Part shown: one piece after another, positions 9,280-16,344 of the stretch
Layout of the letters: each line of letters begins with the position of its first letter
How positions within the stretch are numbered: the first letter of the stretch is position 1
Origin: Crocinitomicaceae bacterium
Lineage (GTDB): Bacteria; Bacteroidota; Bacteroidia; Flavobacteriales_G; Salibacteraceae
NCBI GenBank assembly: GCA_018623405.1
Contig: JAAZVO010000001.1
Coordinates: forward strand, 1-32,198
Length of the DNA stretch: 32,198 nt
Reading direction: 5' to 3'
Position numbers and translations under genes: made by a program
Notes under the pieces: generated by a model
What the model saw: only the letters and a program-made list of their open reading frames with translations
Database searches by the model: none
Told to the model about the DNA's origin: nothing

Positions 9280-9693
9280 ATGAAACTTTTTAAATTCTTT
9301 TTAGTCGGTATATTTTTCGGAATTGCACTCTCTAAAGGAGAGGTAGTATCTTGGTTTCGTATCTACGAAATGTTCCGTTTCGATGCATTTCACATGTACG
9401 GAATAATAGGCTCTGCAGTTGTATTAGGAGCATTAATAACATGGTTTATAAAACGAACTTCAATGAAGAGCGTGGAAGGCAGCTTAATAAAGTTTACGCC
9501 AAAAAAGTTTAGTATTCCTCGTTATTTGGTTGGAGGAACTTTTTTTGGACTAGGTTGGGCCATGGTTGGAGCTTGCCCTGGCCCTATGTATATTTTAGTA
9601 GGTAAAGGCTTTTTCACCATTTTCATTGTAATTATTGGAGCTATTATTGGCACCATGATTTACGGAGTGCTAAGACCCAAATTACCTCATTAA
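9280..9693 (+). CDS. YeeE/YedE family (DUF395) sulfur-compound transporter, second half
   Basis: 137 aa starting MKLFKFFLVGIFFGIALSKGE, with conserved GACPGP. The tracked start at 9103 overlaps the porin gene and is rejected. Confidence 0.85.
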   Translation: MKLFKFFLVGIFFGIALSKGEVVSWFRIYEMFRFDAFHMYGIIGSAVVLGALITWFIKRTSMKSVEGSLIKFTPKKFSIPRYLVGGTFFGLGWAMVGACPGPMYILVGKGFFTIFIVIIGAIIGTMIYGVLRPKLPH

Positions 9694-10377
9694 AGAGAGC
9701 TTTGCTAAATAATCATTAGCGTTCCCCTCTTTTACCTTAGAAGCATGCAAGCCTAAAGCGCTTGCTGTTTCTTTTAAGGTTTCAAAATCAATAAACAACC
9801 ACTCAAAGGGCTGATCGAAGTTGTTTTGGTAACTCACCTGATATTCTATTTCTCCGTAATAAGGAATTTCTTGTTTAGAAGGTAGTTCATCATACAAATA
9901 GTCTATATCTGCGGAGTCTAGATAGATAACTCCATCTGGCGCTAAAAAAGTTTTTAGCAAGCTAATAAAATTAGTTAGACTATCAATATTTTCAGCTATG
10001 CCTATGCCATTCATAAGCAAGTAAATAGTGTTGTATTGCTGTTGAGGATTATAGCTCCAAACCGATTTACAAATAACATTCTCTACTCCTCTTTCTTTCA
10101 TTATTGAACAAAACACTTCAGATTGTTCTATCGCATCAACATCAAAGCCCTCTTCTTGCAGTATAAGGGCATGGCAGCCAACACCTGCTCCTATGTCAAG
10201 AATTTTTCCTTTAGCTTTTGCTAATGCGGTTTGCTCAAGTAAAGGCATTTCACTTTTTGGCCTGTAGAAGTAAGAGGCATGATAGGTTACTTCATCACCT
10301 AAGTTAGATTTTACGCTAAAGGCTACCTCATTTTTCGTGAGCCAATATTCCGAAATCGCATTTTCAAAACAATTCAT
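9682..10377 (-). CDS. Class I SAM-dependent methyltransferase
   Basis: 231 aa with SAM motif I ILDIGAGVGCHAL and acidic motif II. Its 3' end converges on and overlaps yedE by 12 nt. Confidence 0.85.
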   Translation of the reverse strand: MNCFENAISEYWLTKNEVAFSVKSNLGDEVTYHASYFYRPKSEMPLLEQTALAKAKGKILDIGAGVGCHALILQEEGFDVDAIEQSEVFCSIMKERGVENVICKSVWSYNPQQQYNTIYLLMNGIGIAENIDSLTNFISLLKTFLAPDGVIYLDSADIDYLYDELPSKQEIPYYGEIEYQVSYQNNFDQPFEWLFIDFETLKETASALGLHASKVKEGNANDYLAKLSLMR

Positions 10378-10398
10378 GGGTCAAAGGTGATGAAAAAG

Positions 10399-10418
10399 AT
10401 GATTTATATCATAAATCA
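10399..10418. promoter_or_regulatory. Nested palindromes in the methyltransferase/sqr divergent region: ATGAT-TTAT-ATCAT (FNR-like TGA-N6-TCA core) and TGATTTAT-ATC-ATAAATCA
   Basis: Read directly. The 8-3-8 palindrome is perfect. Confidence 0.35.
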
Positions 10419-10436
10419 CTGTTTTTTACGCTATTA

Positions 10437-10452
10437 GGTGACCAAAATCACA
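10437..10452. promoter_or_regulatory. CRP/FNR-type box GGTGA-CCAAAA-TCACA upstream of sqr
   Basis: 9/10 match to TGTGA-N6-TCACA. Its centre lies 28.5 nt upstream of the TAACTTTG -7 box, the same architecture as at tauE. Confidence 0.5.
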
Positions 10453-10472
10453 ATTATACGCTAGATGTGAAA

Positions 10473-10480
10473 TAACTTTG
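10473..10480 (+). promoter_or_regulatory. Candidate -7 promoter box for the sqr-cydAB operon
   Basis: TAACTTTG matches TAnnTTTG, 25 nt upstream of the ATG at 10506. Confidence 0.5.
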
Positions 10481-10505
10481 AACCTTAAACCAAAACCAAT
10501 TTATT

Positions 10506-11783
10506 ATGGCAGAGAAACATCACCAAATAGTAATTATTGGAGCAGGAACAGGCGGAATTACTGTAGCTGCACAATTGTTGAGAAAAAACAAATCTTTAGA
10601 TGTAGTAATTGTTGACCCATCAGACAAGCATTATTACCAACCCGCTTGGACATTAGTAGGCGCAGGAACTTTTGATTATAAAGATACCGTAAGAGATCAA
10701 GCATCTGTTATTCCTCCCGGTGCAAAGTGGATACAAGAGTATGCAGAAGAAGTAGATCCGGAAAACAACGCTGTTAAATTAAGAAACGGAGATACGTTAA
10801 CATATGATTTTTTAGTGGCTTCGCCAGGAATCCAAATTGATTTAGATGGAATTGAAGGCCTAAAAGAAGCAATGGGTAAAAATGATGTTTGCTCCAATTA
10901 CGTTGATCCTGACTATACATGGGAAGTACTACAAAACTTTAAAGGCGGAAACGCTTTGTTTACTCAGCCTGCAACACCTATTAAGTGCGGAGGCGCCCCT
11001 CAAAAAATTATGTATTTAGCAGATGACCATTTTGCTAAATCAGGAATAAAAGATAAAACCAACGTAATTTTTGCAACTCCCGGTACTTCAATATTTGGTG
11101 TGCCAGAATTTGCTAGAACCTTAATGAATGCGATTAACAGAAAAGGAATCATCTTAAAGTTCTATCATAAATTAGTGAAAATTGATGGTGAAAATAAAAA
11201 GGCAATTTATGAGCTAACAGCAACAGATGAAAGTAATTGTATCATTACTGTTAATGATGACAATAACGTTATTCACGAAGAAATTGTAGGTACAACCAGG
11301 CTTACCATTCCTTATGATATGATGCATTTGGCTCCACCACAATCTGCCCCCGATTTTATTAAGACTTCTAAAATCTCTCATCAAGAGGGAGGTAGTAAAG
11401 GTTGGGTAAAAGTTGACCAAAACAGTTTGCAAAACCCAGATTACCCTAATGTATTTGCCCTTGGCGATGTTGCAGCTTTACCTACGGCAAAAACAGGAGC
11501 AGCAGTAAGAAAACAGGCTCCGGTAGTGGTAGATAATTTGCTAAAATTAATTGCCCATAAAGAGGCAAACAACAAAGGCTACACTGGCTATTCTTCTTGC
11601 CCATTAGTAACCGGTTACGGCAAAATGGTACTAGCAGAGTTTGGTTATGGCAACAAAAGAATGAGCGATCCTATCCTCTCTAAACTTGTGGATACCACAA
11701 AAGAGCAATGGAGTATGTGGATACTTAAAAAATACGGATTGCCTTACATGTATTGGAATTTAATGCTTAGAGGTAAGGCCTAA
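10506..11783 (+). CDS. sqr: Sulfide:quinone oxidoreductase, type II (SQRDL-like flavoprotein)
   Basis: 425 aa. FAD fold IVIIGAGTGGITVA, HYYQPAWTLVGAG, redox Cys contexts KCGGAPQK and SSCPLVTGYGK, and GDVAALPT. Confidence 0.85.
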   Translation: MAEKHHQIVIIGAGTGGITVAAQLLRKNKSLDVVIVDPSDKHYYQPAWTLVGAGTFDYKDTVRDQASVIPPGAKWIQEYAEEVDPENNAVKLRNGDTLTYDFLVASPGIQIDLDGIEGLKEAMGKNDVCSNYVDPDYTWEVLQNFKGGNALFTQPATPIKCGGAPQKIMYLADDHFAKSGIKDKTNVIFATPGTSIFGVPEFARTLMNAINRKGIILKFYHKLVKIDGENKKAIYELTATDESNCIITVNDDNNVIHEEIVGTTRLTIPYDMMHLAPPQSAPDFIKTSKISHQEGGSKGWVKVDQNSLQNPDYPNVFALGDVAALPTAKTGAAVRKQAPVVVDNLLKLIAHKEANNKGYTGYSSCPLVTGYGKMVLAEFGYGNKRMSDPILSKLVDTTKEQWSMWILKKYGLPYMYWNLMLRGKA

Positions 11784-11788
11784 AGCCA

Positions 11789-11980
11789 ATGGAGAAAGTA
11801 AAACAAACCTTTATATTATTTGCGGTTGTAACGGTACTTTACTTTCTGTTAAAAGTAATACCTCATCCACCTTTTTTGGATGAGCATACTTACAGGAAAA
11901 GCATTAAAGCGTTTTTAGGGCTCCTACTTTCGGTAGGAGCCTTATTTATTTATCAACCTCCCAAAAACAAATCGGTTTAA
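11789..11980 (+). CDS. Small two-TM membrane protein preceding cydA (possibly the DUF4492-type protein often found next to Bacteroidota cydAB)
   Basis: 63 aa with two hydrophobic helices. It starts 5 nt after sqr, and its stop overlaps the cydA start (TAATG). The family assignment is from memory and was not verified. Confidence 0.55.
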   Translation: MEKVKQTFILFAVVTVLYFLLKVIPHPPFLDEHTYRKSIKAFLGLLLSVGALFIYQPPKNKSV

Positions 11981-13371
11981 TGGAATATACAGTAGAGTTT
12001 TTATCCAGATTACAATTTGCTGCCACTGCAATGTTCCACTACATTTTCCCTCCATTTAGTATTGGCTTAGGGCTAATCTTGGTAATTTTCGAATCGTACT
12101 ATTTTATTACCAAAGACAAGGTGTATGAAAATATAACCCGTTTTTGGATAAAAATATTTGCAGCTAATTTTTCGGTAGGAGTTGCCTCAGGCATTGTGTT
12201 AGAGTTTGAATTTGGTACCAATTGGGCTACTTACTCTCGCTTTGTTGGAGATGTTTTTGGTTCGCCTTTGGCTGCCGAAGGAATATTTGCTTTCTTTTTG
12301 GAGTCAGGCTTTTTAGCCATTTTATTGTTTGGGTGGAATAAGGTAAAACCGTGGGTGCATCTCTTTGCCACTTTCATGGTTTTTATCGGTTCAATGATGT
12401 CTGGTTTTTGGATAGTTGCAGCAAACTCATGGCAACAAACCCCTGTAGCCTATGAGGTAATTACCGATGCTTCAGGCATCACCAAAGCCGTTATCACAGA
12501 TTTTTGGGAGATGGTTTTTAACCCATCAACACCTTCAAGGTTTTCACACACTATTATAGGAGCCTTTTTACAAGGTTCGTTTCTAGTATTAAGTATATCA
12601 GCATATTACCTCTACAAAAAAATACACTTAGAGTTTGCTACCCGTTCATTCACTATTGCTTTAGGAGTGGCGTTTGTTTCAGCTTTGGCGCAACCACTAT
12701 TAGGCCATGAAAGCGCCAAGGTAGCGTATGAATACCAACCGGCAAAAATGGCTGCTTTCGAAGGTTTGTATGAAACAAAAGACAATGCGCCACTTTACCT
12801 TTTTGGTTGGGTAGATGAAGAAGCGGAGCAAACAAAAGGTATAGCAATTCCCGGCATGCTGAGTTACTTATTAAACTGGGATAACGACTTTGTAGTTAAG
12901 GGGTTAAATGAATTTCCTGAGGAAGAAAGACCACCTGTAAATGCAGTTTTTCAATCGTATCATTTAATGGTAGCCATTGGTATGGGATTAATTCTTATTA
13001 CATTTCTAGGATTGTTATTGCTCTACAAGAAAACCGTATTCAGAAAAAAATGGATTTTATGGATTTTTATGCTGTCGGTTTTCCTGCCGGTTTTTGCAAA
13101 CCAAGCAGGGTGGATTTCTGCAGAAAGAGGCAGGCAGCCTTATACTGTGTATGGATTACTAAAAACCTCTGAAAGCTACTCTAAGTCTTTGGTTGAGAGC
13201 GAGGTATTAACAAGTCTTATTCTCTTCTTTTTAATTTATGGTTTGCTGTTTTTTACTTGGTTATTTGTTTTGAATAAAGAAATTCAGCATGGCCCTGAAA
13301 CCTTAAACCCTGAAGATAATTTGTATAGGCAAAGAAAACTAAGAATTAACCTCTTAAAATTCTTAAAGTAA
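11980..13371 (+). CDS. cydA: Cytochrome bd ubiquinol oxidase subunit I
   Basis: 463 aa. RLQFAATAMFHYIFPPFSIGL, GWISAERGRQPYTVYGLL, short Q-loop type. Confidence 0.95.
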   Translation: MEYTVEFLSRLQFAATAMFHYIFPPFSIGLGLILVIFESYYFITKDKVYENITRFWIKIFAANFSVGVASGIVLEFEFGTNWATYSRFVGDVFGSPLAAEGIFAFFLESGFLAILLFGWNKVKPWVHLFATFMVFIGSMMSGFWIVAANSWQQTPVAYEVITDASGITKAVITDFWEMVFNPSTPSRFSHTIIGAFLQGSFLVLSISAYYLYKKIHLEFATRSFTIALGVAFVSALAQPLLGHESAKVAYEYQPAKMAAFEGLYETKDNAPLYLFGWVDEEAEQTKGIAIPGMLSYLLNWDNDFVVKGLNEFPEEERPPVNAVFQSYHLMVAIGMGLILITFLGLLLLYKKTVFRKKWILWIFMLSVFLPVFANQAGWISAERGRQPYTVYGLLKTSESYSKSLVESEVLTSLILFFLIYGLLFFTWLFVLNKEIQHGPETLNPEDNLYRQRKLRINLLKFLK

Positions 13372-14444
13372 TGGACTACAATGTTGTTTGGTTTTTAATT
13401 GTGGGGTTTTTATTGGTAGGTTATGCCATTCTAGATGGATTTGATTTAGGTGTTGGTGCGTGGCATTTTCTCGGAAAAACCGACCATGAAAGAAGAATAT
13501 TAATGAACTCGATTGGTCCCGTTTGGGATGGAAACGAAGTTTGGCTTGTTACCGCCGGTGGTGCTTTGTTTGCTGCATTTCCGGATGTGTATGCAACCGC
13601 ATTTTCAGGTTTTTATTTACCATTCATGTTTTTGCTATTTGCTTTAATTTTTAGGGCGGTTAGCATTGAGTTTAGGAGTAAAGAAGAAAGTAAAACTTGG
13701 CGAAACTTTTGGGATTGGTGCTTTTCACTAGGTTCTATTGTTGCTGCACTATTGTTTGGTATAGCAATAGGAAATGTAATTGTTGGATTCGAAATTGGAT
13801 CTGATAAAGAATACCAAGGTGCCTTTCTAGATTTAGTTTCACCCTACACAGTGCTCACAGGAATATTTAATGTTATTATGTTTATGATGCATGGCGCCAT
13901 TTACTTAACTTTAAAAACCGAGGGGGACCTTCAAAAACGAGCAAAAAAATGGGCATCAAAAACCTATTTTGTTTTTCTGATTTTATATGCTTTTGTTACT
14001 GCTTTTACCATTTTCATTAGACCTGAAATGTTAGCCAACTTCTCTTTTGGGATGATGGAGCCTTCTACCAATCACCCTTTAATAATAAACCACCAAATAT
14101 TTATTTCTGTAGTTGCTTGGAGTATAGTGTTGTTAAATGCCTTAGCCATACTAAACATCTTAAGGGCATTAACTAAAAACAAGTTTTTGCAAGCCTTTGT
14201 TTCATCAGCATTAATGATGGCGGCAATAATTCTATTTTTTGCTTTAGGTTTATTTCCTAATATGATGGTTTCAACCTTATCACCTGATTTTAGCTTGGAT
14301 ATTTATAATTCCTCCTCATCAGATTATACCTTAAAAACCATGTTTGTTTTAGCCTTAATAGGGATGCCCTTTGTAATTGCTTACACCACAATTATTTACT
14401 GGAGTTATAGGGGGGTTACTAAAATTGATGAGCAGAGTTACTAA
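13371..14444 (+). CDS. cydB: Cytochrome bd ubiquinol oxidase subunit II
   Basis: 357 aa. AILDGFDLGVG and GPVWDGNEVWLVTAGGALFAAFP. TAATG overlap with cydA. Confidence 0.93.
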   Translation: MDYNVVWFLIVGFLLVGYAILDGFDLGVGAWHFLGKTDHERRILMNSIGPVWDGNEVWLVTAGGALFAAFPDVYATAFSGFYLPFMFLLFALIFRAVSIEFRSKEESKTWRNFWDWCFSLGSIVAALLFGIAIGNVIVGFEIGSDKEYQGAFLDLVSPYTVLTGIFNVIMFMMHGAIYLTLKTEGDLQKRAKKWASKTYFVFLILYAFVTAFTIFIRPEMLANFSFGMMEPSTNHPLIINHQIFISVVAWSIVLLNALAILNILRALTKNKFLQAFVSSALMMAAIILFFALGLFPNMMVSTLSPDFSLDIYNSSSSDYTLKTMFVLALIGMPFVIAYTTIIYWSYRGVTKIDEQSY

Positions 14445-14506
14445 ATTGTAGATAACAATGTGTAATTCAATTTGCTTTAGGTGTTGTTGTAATTAAAAAA
14501 TAGTCT

Positions 14507-14514
14507 TACATTTG
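14507..14514 (+). promoter_or_regulatory. Candidate -7 promoter box for rplM-rpsI
   Basis: TACATTTG matches TAnnTTTG, with TTG triplets 17-20 nt upstream. Confidence 0.4.
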
Positions 14515-14565
14515 CAGCCCCAAAATTTTGGGAAATTTGTTTGTTCATCACTAATTTATAGATAA

Positions 14566-15021
14566 GTGGATACTTTAAGTTATAAAACAGTTTCGGTAAA
14601 TAAAGAAAACGCTAACAAAAAATGGTTAGTTGTTGATGCAGAAGGTCAAACCTTAGGAAGATTTGCTTCTAGAGTAGCAATGGTGCTTAGAGGTAAACAT
14701 AAAGCTTCTTTTACTCCTCATGCCGATACCGGAGATAATGTAATTGTTATTAACGCAGAAAAGATTGTTTTGAGCGGAAACAAAGAATTGCAAAAAGAAT
14801 ATATCAGGCATACTACCTATCCTGGTGGTCAAAGGTCTACTACTTATGCTGAGATGAAAAGCAAACACCCTGAAAGAGTAATTGAAAAAGCTGTTAAGGG
14901 AATGCTTCCAAAAAATAAACTTGGTAGCGAATTATTCAGAAATCTTTATGTATATGCCGGTACAGATCACACTCACGAAGGTCAAAAACCGGAATCATTT
15001 AACATCAACTCAATAAAATAA
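14566..15021 (+). CDS. rplM: 50S ribosomal protein L13
   Basis: 151 aa, GTG start. MDTLSYKT..KWLVVDAEGQTLGRFAS..LRGKHK is typical uL13. Confidence 0.95.
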   Translation: MDTLSYKTVSVNKENANKKWLVVDAEGQTLGRFASRVAMVLRGKHKASFTPHADTGDNVIVINAEKIVLSGNKELQKEYIRHTTYPGGQRSTTYAEMKSKHPERVIEKAVKGMLPKNKLGSELFRNLYVYAGTDHTHEGQKPESFNINSIK

Positions 15022-15023
15022 AC

Positions 15024-15410
15024 ATGGAGGTAATTAATACCATCGGAAGAAGAAAAACTTCGGTAGCGCGTATTTATTTAAAGAAAGGTAAAGGAGCTGT
15101 TACTGTGAATGGAAAAACTCTTGAAGAGTATTTTCCTGTTTCTGAGCATCAAAAAAAGGCCTTAAAGCCATTTTCAGTAACCGAAACTGAAGGACAGTAT
15201 GATGTAAATGCAAATGCTGATGGTGGCGGAATAACAGGTCAATGTGAAGCTGTTTCTCTTGCTATTTCAAGAGCATTGGTTCAAATAAACGAAGAGTTTA
15301 AATCTAAATTAAGAGCTGAAGGCTTGATGACTAGAGACCCAAGAATGGTTGAAAGAAAGAAACCAGGTCAGAAAAAAGCTCGTAAGAAATTTCAATTCTC
15401 TAAACGTTAA
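15024..15410 (+). CDS. rpsI: 30S ribosomal protein S9
   Basis: 128 aa. GRRKTSVARIYL and the C-terminal KKPGQKKARKKFQFSKR. Confidence 0.95.
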   Translation: MEVINTIGRRKTSVARIYLKKGKGAVTVNGKTLEEYFPVSEHQKKALKPFSVTETEGQYDVNANADGGGITGQCEAVSLAISRALVQINEEFKSKLRAEGLMTRDPRMVERKKPGQKKARKKFQFSKR

Positions 15411-15420
15411 TTTTTTAAAC

Positions 15421-15528
15421 GTGTTTGGTACCCAAATCGCCTTACTACGCCATTTTTTGGTTAGGCGGTTGTCCGTTACTTGCATAGGATCCGAGGCAGG
15501 CAAACACACTGGCCCGACAGTTTTCGGG
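15421..15528 (+). promoter_or_regulatory. Candidate structured leader RNA upstream of rpsB-tsf
   Basis: About 52% GC over 15441-15520 (hand count) in a roughly 37% GC genome. Helices: TTTGG/CCAAA (15424-28 with 15432-36), long-range GTGTTTG/CAAACAC (15421-27 with 15501-07), CCCGA/TCGGG (15513-17 with 15524-28). Confidence 0.3.
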
Positions 15529-15547
15529 AAAATCTAAATTTTATAAA

Positions 15548-16321
15548 ATGGCTCAAGCAAATTTTGAGGAATTATTGCAAGCAGGTGTACACTTTGGCCA
15601 CCTAAAAAGAAAGTGGAATCCTAACATGTCTCCTTACATCTTTATGGAGAAAAATGGCATCCACATTATCGATTTACACAAAACTGTTGTTAAGCTTCAA
15701 GAAGCTTGTAATGCAATGAAGCAAATTGCTTATTCAGGCAAAAAAATCTTATTTGTTGCAACAAAAAAACAAGCAAGAGATATTGTAGCGAAAAAAGTAG
15801 GTGAAACAGGAATGCCATTCGTTACTGAAAGATGGACCGGTGGTATGTTAACCAATTTCGTTACCATTAGAAAAGCAATCAGGAAAATGGATAGCATTGA
15901 GAAATTGCTTAACAATCCTGAGGCTAATAATATTTCTAAAAAAGAGAGATTATTATTAGACAGACAAAGAGCAAAACTGGATAAAAACTTAGGTAGCATT
16001 TCAGACCTTACAAGGTTACCTGCAGCTCTTTTTATTATTGATATCCATAAAGAGCATATTGCAGTTGCAGAGGCTAAAAAATTGAATATTCCAACCTTTG
16101 CAATGGTAGATACTAACTCAGACCCTAGATTAGTAGATTATCCAATTCCATCTAACGATGATGCGTCTGATTCAATAGAAAAAATCCTTGATTTTATCAC
16201 AGCTTCAATTAAAGAAGGTTTGAAAGAAAGACAAGGAATGAAAGATAAAAAAGCTAAAGAAACCAAAGAAGTAAAAGCTAAAAAAGAAGAAGCTGTTACT
16301 GAAGAGGCTTCACAAGAGTAA
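15548..16321 (+). CDS. rpsB: 30S ribosomal protein S2
   Basis: 257 aa. LLQAGVHFGH, ERWTGGMLTNF, and a Lys/Glu-rich tail. Confidence 0.95.
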   Translation: MAQANFEELLQAGVHFGHLKRKWNPNMSPYIFMEKNGIHIIDLHKTVVKLQEACNAMKQIAYSGKKILFVATKKQARDIVAKKVGETGMPFVTERWTGGMLTNFVTIRKAIRKMDSIEKLLNNPEANNISKKERLLLDRQRAKLDKNLGSISDLTRLPAALFIIDIHKEHIAVAEAKKLNIPTFAMVDTNSDPRLVDYPIPSNDDASDSIEKILDFITASIKEGLKERQGMKDKKAKETKEVKAKKEEAVTEEASQE

Positions 16322-16344
16322 TAAACTGTTAAACAATATTTAAA

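Noticed and set aside
15489-15494. GGATCC and other short restriction-site-like palindromes, considered as possible engineered junctions.
   Set aside because: An isolated 6-bp palindrome is expected by chance at this length. There are no vector-like flanks and no abrupt coding discontinuities.
15309-15537. Two overlapping 62-66-aa ORFs (15349-15537 + and 15309-15509 -) in and around the rpsI-rpsB spacer.
   Set aside because: Both partly overlap the rpsI 3' end and have no protein-like features. The region is better explained as structured non-coding leader RNA (reported as a finding).
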